64,000 bases of DNA from Amoebidium appalachense. Its lineage: Eukaryota; Protista; Ichthyosporea. Numbering within the stretch: the first letter of the stretch is position 1; every line of letters begins with the position of its first letter. This document shows, one piece after another, positions 1 to 20,092 of the stretch. The DNA lies in assembly GCA_963693365.1 (NCBI GenBank), contig CAVNZM010000013.1, positions 6,605,785 through 6,669,784 on the forward strand, in the 5' to 3' direction. The notes under the pieces are model-generated. The model had not been told where the DNA came from and made no database searches. It was given only the letters and a program-made list of their open reading frames with translations. A program made the translations under genes and the position numbers.

Positions 1-5352
<5,352 letters not shown>

Positions 5353-5671
5353 TTTTAAACTTCCTTCCCTTTTCTTGCTCACAAAAACAGTATTGATATT
5401 TCTCGTTAATGGAAAACTGGTCTTGCTGCTTGGAAAAAAAACCGACACTAACTATTAGAGCTTCTAAGTCTAGTTAGAAGGATGCGGGCAAACTACACTG
5501 AACTTGATATACTTTGAGAGCGGAACAAAGACTTCGCAAAACAAACAGACCATGCATATGGCCAACTCGGCGCCGGTCCGCAAGGGCCATCTGAGAGCGT
5601 AGACTTAGCTATAATAGGTCATTTTAGCCATGATGATGTCATCAGAGGATCATTTGCAAGACTATTGTTGT

Positions 5672-5717
5672 CTGATTGGCTTGCAATCCGCATTCTTTCT
5701 TTATTCTGGCCAATCAG
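5672..5717. promoter_or_regulatory. Inverted pair of CCAAT boxes in the divergent intergenic region
   Basis: CTGATTGGC (5672-5680) and GCCAATCAG (5709-5717) lie between head-to-head genes (BAR-like on minus, LRR on plus). Confidence 0.5.
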
Positions 5718-7141
5718 GGCCGTGGGACTGAATTCCTCACTGCTGTACAACTCAGCGGCTCGTTCAACACACTGAGGACAGGGGCTTTTTTTAATCTGAT
5801 ACTAGTCACCTAAAGAACAATAAAGGAAACATTATAAACCCAACTAATACAGAAAAACAAAGGCAGCTGATTCCTTACAACACCGAAAACAGAGCCAGGG
5901 GGCCGCCGCCGCGTGACCAGCTACAAATAAGTTGTGAGCCACAGCCCACAGGAATGCAGCGATAAATGCTTCTTGTGCTTTGATTGGCATACATCGCACC
6001 GCCAAAACCCCCACAACTCTCAGAGATGTCCGGGGCGTAAAGGCGTGACAGGCTGAGGCGATTGCAAAGGTAATTTAGGTAAAGCCTCAACAAACCAGAA
6101 AAACTCAGACAAATTCATAAATTTGGTTGTTTTAAAATTTTGCATTAGCATTTTTGGTGCGAGTGTGTTTGTTTCAGACCTCTAGTCTTGAAATCTGGAA
6201 ATTAAGGACCGGTAATTCACCGTACATTGTTTCGCTGAGCAACTTCATGGCTGAATTCCAGCCTGCCCCTTTTTCACTCAGGTGTGTAAGGGGATTCCTG
6301 GTCAACGGTCTTGCGCAATCAACTTCGCATCGCACCAATAAGGCCATTCATAGTTGATCCGTTTTGGTAATCGGATTGCTTTTTTGATTAATAGAGATAA
6401 CGAAGTCGTCGCCTGATTGGCTAAGGTTGCACCTGTGTGTGACGCAGTAGTAACTTTTGAGCATACCCTTGAACAGGGGGACGATGTTCCTGAAAGGTAG
6501 GAGCTTTCAGTTGTTTGTGCTTGGAAAAGTCCTAAGCGAAAACACATAACCATGGAATATAGCTACTAGTATATTAATATAGTAGTATTAATTGATAATA
6601 TGAAGTAACCGCACGGTTATTTGATAGCTCCTCTTGGAGGATTTCCCTCTAAATAGTCACCTCATGTTACCCCATCAGGTTGGGCGTAGGACTAAACCCA
6701 AGGCGGATCCATACAGCCTAAACACGTTACAGGTACACACCAGTGGGTTACCTGGTTTATGATTTTTCCTATCAAGATCATAATTTGCTAATGAAGATCG
6801 TTTAAGGCGATTCGATTAAGAGAAGTTATACACATGTAAAGCGTATGCCGGCAGTTTGCCTATCCCAACCGAAGTTTCTCCTGTTGGGTGAAGGCCACAA
6901 GAAACCCCAGAGTGTAGGGAAACACACGAGCAACTGGACTCTCCCTATCAATCGATAAACTCTAGTAGTCATAGCAGACGCGACTTTTATCAGTTGTGTT
7001 TGAGCGCACTAATAAGAGCGCAAGGGCTGCATACTGCACTTCTTCAACACCATAGCCATTCCTTCACCATTCTTGTCACCAGTACCAGGGCTGTGTACAA
7101 GTACAAGTAACATCCAAGTACTCTAATCTTCCAAGAAAAGA

Positions 7142-8681
7142 ATGAGCCTGCTAATGTCATATGAAGGGAGTTTCGGGGGCATGGGGCCACATCTGGACAG
7201 GAGGGGCCATTCACCTCTGTGGCCTGTCTTGCGCAAGCTAAACCTCACAGGTGGACTCTAACTGCCCTCCCTTCTCCCTCCCCTTTCCCTTGTCTTCCTA
7301 TCCAACCCAAGCTCTTGTGCCTGATCCCCCGACTCCCCTTCCTCCTCTCCCCCCCCCCGCCCCGTTTCCCCCCTTCTTTTTTAGATACTTTACCCCAATG
7401 GCCTTGTCTTAACTTCACTGAGATAGGCAGGTCGAAGTCAGACGATGTAACCAATTATTGCTTTCCGTCTGAGAAAGCAATTATCTTGCCTTTCAGAAGT
7501 TTCATTTCTCGTTATTGCTGTCGTCCACTAGTGGATGGCTTCACAAAGAACTATGATACACCTTTTCAGGGGCCCATCAATGTAGTACTTGCGCTTACAA
7601 GAATGAACAGTTCCGCAGCTCCATAACCCTTTAACGCACCTCACTTTCTTACTCTATGAACGCGAAACACATGCTTGTCGTCATGTTTTCGTCAGCTGAA
7701 GCAAAATTCCCACACAGATTTTTACTCCAGCGAGCTTCAGTTTCTGGATCTGAGCGAGAGGGGCCAGCAAGAGCTTCTGGAAACGCTCCCACAGATCCAA
7801 TTCCTCCTCTACACGCTCAAATCTCTCCTCCTGAACAACAACAATCTGGAGCGCATCCCCGCCGCGATCCTTTCTCTCAGCCAATTGCGCATGTTGTTCA
7901 TAGCACAAAACTCCATTTCCTCACTGGAAGGTGTAGGGAGGTTGGCCGCGTTGGGACATCTCAATGTTGAGGGTAATCTTCTGGAATCGCTTCCAGAGGA
8001 GATTGGGAGACTAAGGGAACTCAAATGCTTGTACCTGCACGAAAATCAGCTCCAAGAACTCCCGGAGGGGATTGGTGGGTGCGAGCAGCTGGAGGTACTG
8101 TTTGCGTCAAACAACAGGCTGATTGGCCTGCCCCAAGGATTAAGGTAAAAAAACAAAAACACTTTTTTTCATCTATCGATCGTGTTTTCTTGTTATGGTT
8201 GTCGTTTAAAGTATTATTATTAGTCATGCTACTACTATGATACTAAAGGTGAAAAGTCATAACAAGATATAGCCTTTTTGCTCCATCAATCCTTACTTGT
8301 TGTTGTTGTCACTCTCACTAATAAAGTGTTGCAATGATTGTCGTCACTGCTATATGATTATTATGATCAGTGAACACTTATATGTAATTGGCCGGTTGAC
8401 CTGTCCCGCGCGTACATGTGTTGTTGGCCCTTTCCTCGAACCCCCCCCCCCCCCTCCCCAGCCCCACAGCCCACACCCGTCCCTCTCCCTCCCCCCCCCT
8501 CCCCCCAAACCCCCCACCCCCCAAAATAAACATCCACCCACCTTCCCTCCCTCTCCCGCACACATTATGTTCACATACTCATGGACACGCACAAAAACAC
8601 ACACACACACACGCACACACACGCACGCACACGCACGCACGCACGCACACACACACACACACACACGCGCACGCGCGCGCG

Positions 8682-8731
<50 letters not shown>

Positions 8732-9681
8732 TGTGCCGATGTGTGCATGTGCACCTCCTCCCTGGGCAGATGCTCTTTACTTGGTTTACGATATATCATC
8801 GGTTGGCAGAGAGAGAGGGGAGAGGGGAGAGGGGGAGTGAGGGGGGGGGGGGGGGGGGGGGAGAATAGCCATCTCTTTGTAATACAGGTAAATGTCCTTT
8901 TCTTGTTTCTTTTGGGGATGTTATGTACGCATTAAACCCTATCGTGAGCACTAGGTTTATTGAAAAATAACCAGATTGAGAAAAGGAACCAGAAAGTGGC
9001 CATTTGTTGACCCAATGCACTCCCCCCTCCCCCTTCCCCCCCTCTTCTCCCGGAGGATGGACTCTGCCTACGATGCATACTCTTGATGCGCTGTGCAAAA
9101 TCTGCCTTGTCTTGTTCGTCATGAGCGTGTACACCATACTCTGTTCCTCACTTTAACCCTCCCCTTCCCCGTATCACCCCCTCCCCCCCCCCCCCCCCCT
9201 CCATTTTCCCTCCATGCCTTTGCAGCAAGTGCACTCGTCTTGAGGGTGTCAACCTTAAAGGAAACCGCATAACCTCGTTCCCACTGCCGCTGCTGGAGTG
9301 TGGGCATATCAGGAGGCTATATTTGGCAAACAACAGCTTGCACGTCCTGCCCCATGAGATTGGGGCTTTGGCGCAGTTACAGATTTTGGACCTGGCGAAT
9401 AACCAGCTGGAGTCATTACCAGGTGGGTCGATGGGTGTGGGTGTAGGGGAATGGGTGGGTGGATTTGGGGGGAGGGGGCGGGGGGGGGGGGGGGGGGGGA
9501 GGGGGAAGGAAGAGGGGGGCGGATGTGGGTGGAAGGGGAGGGAGGAAGGGGGGAGGGGGGAGGGGGGGGGGGGGGGAAGGGAGGGGGTAGCAGGGTGGTG
9601 GGTGGAGTGGCCGGTGGGTTGAAATGTCACCCGGGTGTATTCTGAGGGGGGAGGGGGGTATGTATGTGCTTTTTTTTTTTT

Positions 9682-9732
<51 letters not shown>

Positions 9733-10817
9733 CTGTGGAAAAAAGGAGGGAGGGGGGTTTGCGGCATGTTGGATGTAGGTGCACAGAATTATTATTGTTT
9801 CTGTGTGTTTGTGAATTTTGTTTTGTGATATCTTTAACCCCCCCTCCCCCCGGGCAAAAAAAAAAGAAAAAAGAAAAAAAAAGAAAGCAAAAAAACACAT
9901 TACACACACGCACCACTGCATCTTTGTAAAAACGGATGGCAGCTCGAGTCCTCCCTAAGCCACCTTCACACTCCGATGGCATGAAAGACGAGGGGGGTCC
10001 TTGGAGAGATTCCGGGTGTTGAATCGACGAGAGAATAAATTCACCAGAGAATAAAGCAAGTTGTACAGCACTGCTATCAATGTCAATGCTCCCTGCCTGT
10101 GTGCTTTTCACTTTTCCACATGCGCAAGTATCTGTATTTGGGTCACTTGTGTATGTGCCCAAGAGAGAGGGGGGGGGGGGGGGGGGGGGCGCCCTCCGCC
10201 AGGCCCTCCGACACGTCTAGTTTGGCGGGCATGCATCTTGCTAGTTATCGTTCACGCTTTGCTTCCACACACGGACCTACAGGCACATGTGCACAAAAAA
10301 GTGCACTACCTGCACGCACAAATGCGCGCACACATACACAATAAAGACACACAGCTGACACCCACTTTGCACCTCTGCCCACTTATACACACGGACGTAC
10401 ACACTCACACACGGACGTACACACTCACACACTGTGCATGCTGCAAACCACATCACTGTACATATGTGCACACACGTACGCGTACATGATACATGTGCAC
10501 ACACTCATATACCTGCACGTAAACACGTACACACACGTTCAAATCGTACACATACACGTACACGTACACGCACACGTACAGACAGTATCGAGCAGCTGAC
10601 CCGACTAGAGCTTCTCCACTGCGAGCACAACCTGCTCACCCACCTGCCTGAATCCATCGGCGAATGCAGAGACCTCGAACGGCTATTGTTGCAGGTACAA
10701 GGAGAGAATGTGTGGGTACTCATTTAACTATCATGAATCAATCAAACTTTTTTCTTGGGGGGGGGGGGGGGGTCAGACAACCAGGTTGTGGAATCTGTCT
10801 TTTTTTTTTTTTTTCGT

Positions 10818-10857
<40 letters not shown>

Positions 10858-11427
10858 TTTAGGGAGGAGGGGAGGGGAGGTGGGGTCGTAGATGATTATC
10901 CTTGTTACGAATATCATCATCTTTGGAGGTGGTGGGAGAAAGAGGGGAAGGGGGTAGGTAGGATATTCGTAGAATGTGTTTTTTGATAAATTGTAGATGA
11001 TGTCTTGTGGACCAGATTATGTTTTGTGCTCTACGCTCTGAATCCTAACACGTTTGATTCTGTGGTTTCGGTTGGGGGGCTAATTTACTCAAAGCTCCTT
11101 GCCCTACGTTGTGCTTCAGGTAGCATATCATCGTATGTTGGGTTCGAATACGTACTGGCGCAAGGCTTTCTTTCTTTTTTTCTTCTTTTTTTTTCAGATA
11201 CATTTTTGGTGGTGTGTGCAAGGGGAAGGGGAACGGTGGGGAGAGAGAGTGGTGGGGGAAGGGGGGGGGGGGGGGGAGCGGGGTTTATACCTTTCGTGCA
11301 TATGCCGACTTACATTCCTACTCTACTCCCCACCTGGGGATGGAGTCTACCTCTGTTGCATCCTTTTTGTTTGTGTCCTCTCTTCCCCACCTGCCCCCCC
11401 CCCCCCCCCCCCCCTCCCCCCCCCTTC

Positions 11428-11463
<36 letters not shown>

Positions 11464-12161
11464 AAACTCCTCCACCAATGATGAACTCTGCTAATGAAGA
11501 ATGCTCAAGTTATGTGTGCTATGCAATCTTCATTAATGCGTACATCCTACTCTGTCCTGTGGTGTTCGGCACCCTAACCCTCCTCCCCACCTCTCCCGCC
11601 TCCTCCCCTTGCCTCTCTCCCCCTCCCCGCCTCTCCCTCTCCCCCCCCCCCTCCCCCCTCTCCCCCTCCCCCCCCCCCCCCCCCCGGGCGCCCCTCCCCC
11701 CTCCTCCCTTCCCTCCCTCCTCCTCCCCCAGGGTAACCGGCTAAGCAGCCTGCCACCAACACTTTCGAATCTGAAGCACCTCCGTGAGCTCAATGTGTCG
11801 CACAACCAGCTTGCATTCCTGCCTGCACCCATGCTTAGCTTGTTAGAGAGGCTGGTGGATGCCGACATATCAAGCAATCCCTATGTCTATGCCGAGGTGG
11901 GTGCTGTCGGGGGGATCTATGATATTTGCATGTTTTCTTCCTTTTGTCAAGTTTTTTTTTCAAAAACAAGGGGGGGTTTGTGTGCTTTAGTTACATAGAA
12001 AGGCAAAAAGAAGAGAGATAACGAAAAGGGAAAGGAAAAAGGGCACCTAAGATTGTTTTGTGGTATCCCTCTCGCTCTTCTTCACAAACACATAGACACA
12101 CACACACACACATACACACACACACACACACGCACGCGCGCTCATCCAATCTATCTTCTCT

Positions 12162-12250
<89 letters not shown>

Positions 12251-12289
12251 TCCCTCTCTCCCTCTCCCTCTCCCTCTCCCTCTCTCTCT

Positions 12290-12339
<50 letters not shown>

Positions 12340-13001
12340 CTCTCCCCCCATCCGTCTCTCATCTCGCTCTCTCTTTCTTTTCTTTCTCTCTCTTCTTCCT
12401 CCCTCTCCCTCTTCCCCCTCCCCACCCCCCCGTCTCTATTGCTCTCTTTTCCACTCACCCTCCCATCTATTCTCTCTTCCTTTCTCCGTCCCAGCCTCTC
12501 TACCTCTTTTCTCCCTCTCTCTCTCTCCGTTTCTGCCCATCTTCTCCCACCCCTCAGCCCCCACCCCTTCTCCCCCCCCCCCCCCCCCCCCCCCCCACCC
12601 CCACCCCCTTCCTCCCGACGATGAGCCTTATTTCGGCTTCTTCTTCCATATGATCCGCATGGCGTTGTCAGTCGCACTTTACACTTAATACTATGCAACA
12701 CGTTTGAAAACCATCCATCCTATCGTTTGTTTGCCCCTTTCATCATAGAAACAAAAGATTGCTTTGAAGCCACTTAGGAGATGTTTTCGAGTCAAAACCT
12801 CTCGAGTCCAAAACCAGGTCCTCTTTGAGGGGCAATGACGACCTCCCCCCCCCCCCCCCCCCCTCTTCCCGCTCTTCATGCCAAGCACTGTTCAATCCTC
12901 TCTTGGTTTCGGATTTTGCCTGGTTACTCTCCTCTTAAATATCGTAACTTCTTTCTTTCCCAACCCCTAAACCAGAAATGCCCTCCCCCCCTCTTCCCTC
13001 C

Positions 13002-13053
<52 letters not shown>

Positions 13054-13938
13054 CCATCCCAGGTTGTGTCCTGTGTTGACCCGCCCACCCTCGTGGATGT
13101 GTGTTCCCGTGCAGTCATGACCCACGGTCCTGCAGGGTGGCAGGTACAGATGTACCCCCTCCCCCCCCCCCCCCCCCCTCTCTCTCCCCCCCCCCCCACG
13201 GGGTTACTCTCTTACCTTTTTCTTTCTTCTTCCCTTTCCTCCACCCCCCTCCTCCCCTCCCCCCCCCCCCACACACACACACACACACACACACACCCAC
13301 CACACACACACACACACACACACAGCAAAAAAAAAAAAGGGGGGGGGGGGATCCGTATTGCACTTTCCGTCATGCATGTATTCTGTAACTCATTCTCCCC
13401 CTGCACGCTTAGTTGTTTGATTTTGGATTTCCCACATTTGTGACGTTTTTGTTGTTGCTCTTTATTGTCTCCTCCATATTTCCAACCCTCTAACGCATAA
13501 ATCCCCCCCCCCCCCCCCTCCCCCTCCCCCCCCCCCCCCCCCCCCCCCCCCACACACACACAAAAAAAAAAAAAAAAAGGCCCCTACACCAACACACACC
13601 CCTTACGAACCGACATGCGATTGCATGGGCTCTCACTCAACCAATGCATCCGGGAACGCATGTGTAACATGGTCGCATGGCATGTGAACATTTTGTGAAG
13701 GCACAAATGCACACGGACACACACACACATTCGCACACATCCAGATACACATACTTACCGGCTAGCGCAAGGATTTGTAGGTACACACACACCCTTTCCG
13801 GCCAAACACGCACTCACACATACATACCCCTACCCACACACCCACAGTCCGTGATACCCCCGGCCCCCGAACCCCAAGCCCCATCCCCCCAATCCCACCT
13901 CTGTCCTCTCCCTTCCCCCTAGTCACCCTCCTCCCCCC

Positions 13939-14005
<67 letters not shown>

Positions 14006-14482
14006 ATATCAGCCACCGTCACTGTCCCCACCACGTACTCTCATCCTCCCTAGCTCCGAAAACTCTGCCCCTCCCCACTTGTCCTGCCTCTCCCCCTCTC
14101 CCCACCCCCCTCTCCCAAAGCAAACACGCACCTACACGCACACGCACACACACACACACACACACATCCCGCCTAACTCACACAGAAACACACGCTCCCA
14201 ACACACACACACACACACACACACACGTACACTGACAACTGCACGTACACCACACAGTGCCACGTGCCCTCGGAGCTCTACCACCGCACATGCATGGCCC
14301 TCGCATGCGACCGCTGCAGTCGTCCGCGTTTTCCCGACACACACGTGAACATTGTCACACCAAGGAGGGTCCCTTTGAACTTTGGAAGCTCCCTCCCCAC
14401 ATTCGTCCCTTTTCTCTTTTCCGTGTGTGCGGGTCCGTGCGCTATGGCAACGGTGAGGGAATCGTACGATATGATTGGGTGA
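7142..14482 (+). CDS. Leucine-rich repeat protein with C-terminal BC-box-like and Cys-rich tail (LRRC28/LRRC58/LRRC69-like)
   Basis: Seven phase-compatible GT-AG exons: 7142-7250, 7718-8144, 9226-9422, 10582-10694, 11732-11896, 13054-13143, 14258-14482. Many LxxLxLxxNxLxxLP repeats, then PPTLVDVCSRAV, CDRC and VPFLFSVCAGPC. Confidence 0.88.
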
Positions 14483-14701
14483 TCTCTTTTAATCGTGGGT
14501 TTACTGGTTTGATATGATTGGCTGGTTTAAACGCGGGAGATATGATGGTGCGACGATTTGGAAAAATCCTGTTGCCGCTGTGATTATGAGGAAGGAGGTG
14601 GGTGTAAGTAATGACGCGCGCGATTGGTGAGAGAAAGTGTGGATGTTCGATTATCTCTTCTTCCTCTTCTTCTTCTTTTGCTGTCTTTTTTGTTCGTTTT
14701 C

Positions 14702-14790
<89 letters not shown>

Positions 14791-15329
14791 GGGGGGGGGG
14801 GGGAGGGGGTCAATGCTTGAGGTGGATGTGTACGTGAGTTGAGCATACTTGTGTGCAAGGCGAGATTTTGGTTGAACACCGTGTTCTTTGTAGGCTGGCT
14901 ATTGTGTTGGCAAGAAGGCTCGTTGCTTGGACGGCTCGTTTTGTTGTTTGCATGTGCATGTGTTAGGTCATCGAAATTTTTTTCTTTTTTTTCTTTTTCC
15001 TTTTAGGTTCGGTGTTAGAAATAACATGGTGATAGGTTAGATATGCTGGTATATACTGAGTATCTCGGTAGTATATAACAGCAATATATATATAGGTCCA
15101 CATACACAGATATCTTATCTTTATCAGTTTATGGGATGTATGGAAGTATTTATGTATTATCACTAAGTAGGTCAGTAGCGGTTCTCACTTTACCTGCAAA
15201 CGTGTTTCCTAAAGATTAGCTTTGATAGTGCCGATTTATCTTATGATATATAGTCTACCCACACGGTAGTAGTTTTTGTACGCGCAGAGTGTTTCTAAAC
15301 ACTCCTGACTTCTTCTAATGCAACCACGC

Positions 15330-15407
15330 AAGGGTCTGTGAGGTTTATGCCAAATTATTCTTCGACCCAAAGGGTCTGTGAGGTTTATGCCAAATTATTC
15401 TTCGACC
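15330..15407 (+). repeat. Tandem duplication, about 40-bp period
   Basis: AAGGGTCTGTGAGGTTTATGCCAAATTATTCTTCGACC occurs at 15330 and 15370. Confidence 0.9.
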
Positions 15408-15804
15408 AAATATGGTATAATGTATTACAGGCTATTTGGACACACGATATATGTGTCTAATGTATGGAGTCGGATGAAATCCGACTTCTACCATATATTC
15501 AGACACGGTAATTTGTTTCCGGTGGGTGAAATTTGCGCACTGGGATTAAACCACGTTTCAGGCGGTGGGATCTTACCGCGGGGGTGACAAGTAAATAAAA
15601 TATTTAAAGGCGGTGACTTGCTCCAAACTAACTATCATTAGCCGAGTCGCCGGACCAAAAATATGTATGGATGGTGTATGATGCCACTATACTCCTACTT
15701 TCAAAAAAAAATTAAATCTCTTTTTTTCAAGTATTGGTGTTGGTGGTGTGTGTGTGTGTGTGTGTGTGGTTGTGGGGGGGGAGGGAGGTACGCGCGCGCG
15801 CGCG

Positions 15805-15838
<34 letters not shown>

Positions 15839-15983
15839 GCTCAGACTGTCACACGTGTATGTGGTGGGGGCCCCGGCCGGGGCCACCAAACCCAGTTTTC
15901 TCACCCAGTTGTCACTGAATCACAGAATGCCAGGCATAGATCAGCAAAGAAACCCAGATTTTTTTTTCCCTTCTTTTTTGGGG

Positions 15984-16048
<65 letters not shown>

Positions 16049-18056
16049 AAAAAAAGAAGAAAAAAGAAGATCCCCCCCCCCCCCCCCCCCCCCCAACCCC
16101 AACCCCGCCCCCCCTACCCAAAAATAAAAATAAAAAGAAAGAAAAGAAAAGAAGAAAAAGAAAGAATAAAGCTGCCGCTGCGGCACGGTTTGTTATGATA
16201 CCCTTTTTTTTTTTAAAGAACGAACGCTGGAACCACGTATGGCTGTGTATGATACATATGATACAAGCGGCATGTGAAATTCGTGTGCCGCACGGGATGC
16301 ATGTACACGGGTACCATGATGGAGATCGATCTTTGCCTGCTAGTGAGCCGCCACATGCCCTGAGTGGGATACATGGGCCCGCACCGTCCTATCCCGTTCG
16401 CTACGGCACTGCTGTGTCTTTATCTATGATATTTGCGTGCATGCTTGTATGATCTATCTCAGTAATCTGGTGTTCGTTCGGAAGAAGTCTTTACACATTT
16501 ACCTGCCTGCGGCATGTGATTGCATTGCACACTGTGTCCACACCCCCCCCATCATGTTTACATCTCTTTCTGTGGTTGGGTTAAACTAACCACATCAGTG
16601 GGAACACTCGAACAGTCTAGCATGAGAGAACCATATTTGGCGGTATATACCTTATTTGGTACACCATGAGGCAGCATGATATCCTCACACCAGGGAGAAG
16701 CTCCATGTGATTGAATTATTATAGATATCTCAAAATTATCTCAGAATATCTGAACTTATAAAAAATGGTGATTGCCAACGGTGAGCCGTTGGGGTTTTTA
16801 GATATACCGACGGGTGGTGTATGCCATTCTGATGTATTCAATTATCAGGGTTTCTGGGACTGGGGGAAGGAGGGGAGAGGGTGGGGAGAGGGAGAAGGGG
16901 TTAGGGGGGCCGGAGGGACTGGGAGAGGAGGGGGGGGAGGGCCGGGGGGAAGCCCTTAAAAGACCCCAACCCTCATAGTCCCTTTCCTGCACTTCCACGC
17001 ATTTGATTAATGTCTCTGCCTCCCACTTGTGTATCCATACCGATCCGTGTCGCCATTAGTTGCTCCCGTGTGCGAGGGTGGCCTCAGGTGTTGCTCTGAG
17101 GTGCCACAGGTGGTGTGTGTGTTTTTCTGGATCAGGGGGTCAGTGGCTGGTCGGAGGATCCCAGGTGTAGGTGTTGGTGGGTGAAGGGGATGGTCACCGG
17201 TCGATGGGGGTGCAGGGTGTGACACGGTAGGATCGGATGGGACCCGCCGGGGTGGCGCTGACAGGCCCGTGGGTCGAAAATAGCAGGAGGGTCACGGATT
17301 GGGGTATATCATGGTATGTATTGTAGGAAGGTGGGCCGGGCAGGTGGGCGGATTTATTGGGGCCGGTTGAGAGCGTCATGTTTTCAGGTTGACACAGGAG
17401 GGAAGGCTTGGTGTACAGAGAAAAGGTCGAAGCCTTGGGAGCATAGCTGGAGCTGTGCGACAAGTCTTAGACTCGGGTAGCAAGGGGTTAGTACTGGAAG
17501 CCTTGCCGCCGGGAGGGAGCTCGATTGGGGGGGCAGGGAGGGGGGGGGGGGGGGGGGGGGGAGAAGGGGCATGGAGCTGGAAAACTTTCAGGCTGAGTGC
17601 GCCTTGCCTATCAACCCCCCTCCCCCCCAAACACACACGCGCGCGTGCACACACGGTAAACCACGGCACACACATTCACACACACTTGTCACAGCACACA
17701 CACACACACACACACACACTGTAGTACACACACACACTGTGTCACACACACACACACACACACAACATACCGTGCACACACACACACATACACACACACA
17801 CTGACACACACATGCACACACACACATATGACACGCACAATGTCATGCATTGTGACACACGCACACACACACACACCAGTCTGAAACAGTTACCTCAGTA
17901 TTAGGGGGGTAGTCACAATATCGGACAGTGTTAGGTGGGTGGCGGGAGTGTTAGCCCGGCGAGTCGCGTTTTAAATGTGTGTGGGTAGCTCCAGCTGGGC
18001 CCCGGGAAGGCCGATTCGGAAGGGGGAGGGCCCGCGGGCGGGGCGGGCGGGGAGGG

Positions 18057-18119
<63 letters not shown>

Positions 18120-18272
18120 AGGGGGGCGCTGGCAGTGACTTGGTACAACTGTTCCGCCGACAGCCGTCTGTAGTAGCTATTAGGTGCTGCCGCCGACGTT
18201 GTGATCATGATCATGGCCGTATTGAGTACGTGAATAGATGATGATGGCGCTATCTTTTTTTTTTTTTTTTGG

Positions 18273-18336
<64 letters not shown>

Positions 18337-18490
18337 CGGTGTGTGTGTGTGTGTGTGCCACGGTGTGCACGTGTGTGTGTGTGTCACGGTGTGGGTGGGT
18401 GGGTGGGTGGGTGTGTTTGTGTGTGTGTGTGTGTGTCACGGTGCGGGTGTGTGGGTTGGTGGGTGGGTGTGTTTGTGTATGGGTGGGTGT

Positions 18491-18582
<92 letters not shown>

Positions 18583-18738
18583 ATGTGTGTGTGTGACAAA
18601 TGAATGAAATATTCCGGCAGAGGGCCCGGAGAGAGCCTCAGATCTAGAACGTGCGTGCACGTACGCGTGTCAGTGTGTGAGTCAGACGTGTGTGTCTGAC
18701 AGATGGTAGAGGGAGATTCAATGCCGATAGATAGATAC

Positions 18739-18805
<67 letters not shown>

Positions 18806-18821
18806 AGAGAGAGAGGGAGGG

Positions 18822-18867
<46 letters not shown>

Positions 18868-18875
18868 CGACGTCC

Positions 18876-18907
<32 letters not shown>

Positions 18908-19687
18908 CTCAGAGTGAGAGAGGGAGTGAAAGAGAGGGAGAGAGAGAGGGTGGCTGTGTGTGTGTGTGAGTGTGTGTGAGTGAGAGAAAGGGAGAGACTG
19001 AGACTAGAGAAAGAGAGAGCGTCGTCAGGTGTGACAGTGACACTGTGATATGCGCGCGTGTGTGTGTGTGTGTGTGAAAGTACTAGCTAGTGCGTGTGTG
19101 CGCGTGTTCGACTGTCGGAGTGCGAGTGTGTGAGTGTGCGTGTGCGTGTGCGTGCATGTGTGTGCACATGTATGTATACTTCACCCGGGGCCGGAGGCCG
19201 GCACGGGGAGGGGGGGGGGGGAGGAGGCCTAGGCCCTGGGGTGCACGTGGGGGATGGGTGGGTGAGGGGGGGGGGGGGGGGGGGGGGCGCAAGAAAAAGG
19301 GGGGGATTTGATAGGCAAGGTTTACCACATGTACCCCCTTTTCATAAGCTTTCATAATTGATCAAGTCACTACCGTACGAGTCCCTCCGTGGCCATGGAA
19401 CCGGCAAGGGGCCGTGGCCCCTGATCCGCAGGCAACTTATGAGAATTCACGAGCTGATGATGATCATCATGCGCATGCCAGTATTCGGTTTTGTCTTTCT
19501 CTTCAGGTTCGTGCTTCGCTGCGACTTCTTCTGCTTGAGTTTTTGCATGTGTGCTGAGTCAGGCAGCCAGCCGGCATGCTACCTGTTGTGACCTGATACT
19601 TGCATCCATCCACGGGCCACGTGGTGCATGATATTCCGTGATCACCTATCGTACAGGTGAAGCCAATTCTGAATTATCATCTGATAA

Positions 19688-20050
19688 CAGGGGTGTGGCG
19701 GAGCCTTCATGACTTGACTTGACTTATAATTATAATTGGCAGCTGGAGCTTGTGACTTGACTTGACTTGGAGTCGCGACTTGAGACCCTATGACTCAAGT
19801 CGCGACTTTAGGTGACTTGTTACTATTTTTAGTCCATCTTTTATGCATATTGGCCCCACTGGGCCCCCGACGGGGGGTTAAGGGGGGGGGGGGGGGGGGG
19901 GGGGGGGGGAGGGGGAGGGGGGAGGAGGAGAGGGGGGGCCGCCTCCGGAGTGCTCCGGGCCCTCAGTCCCTTCGAGTTTCCCCCCCGACTCGGACATACC
20001 CTGAGCCCCCCTTTTCTCTTGACTGGGATTTATTGATCAGTTGATATGAA

Positions 20051-20092
<42 letters not shown>

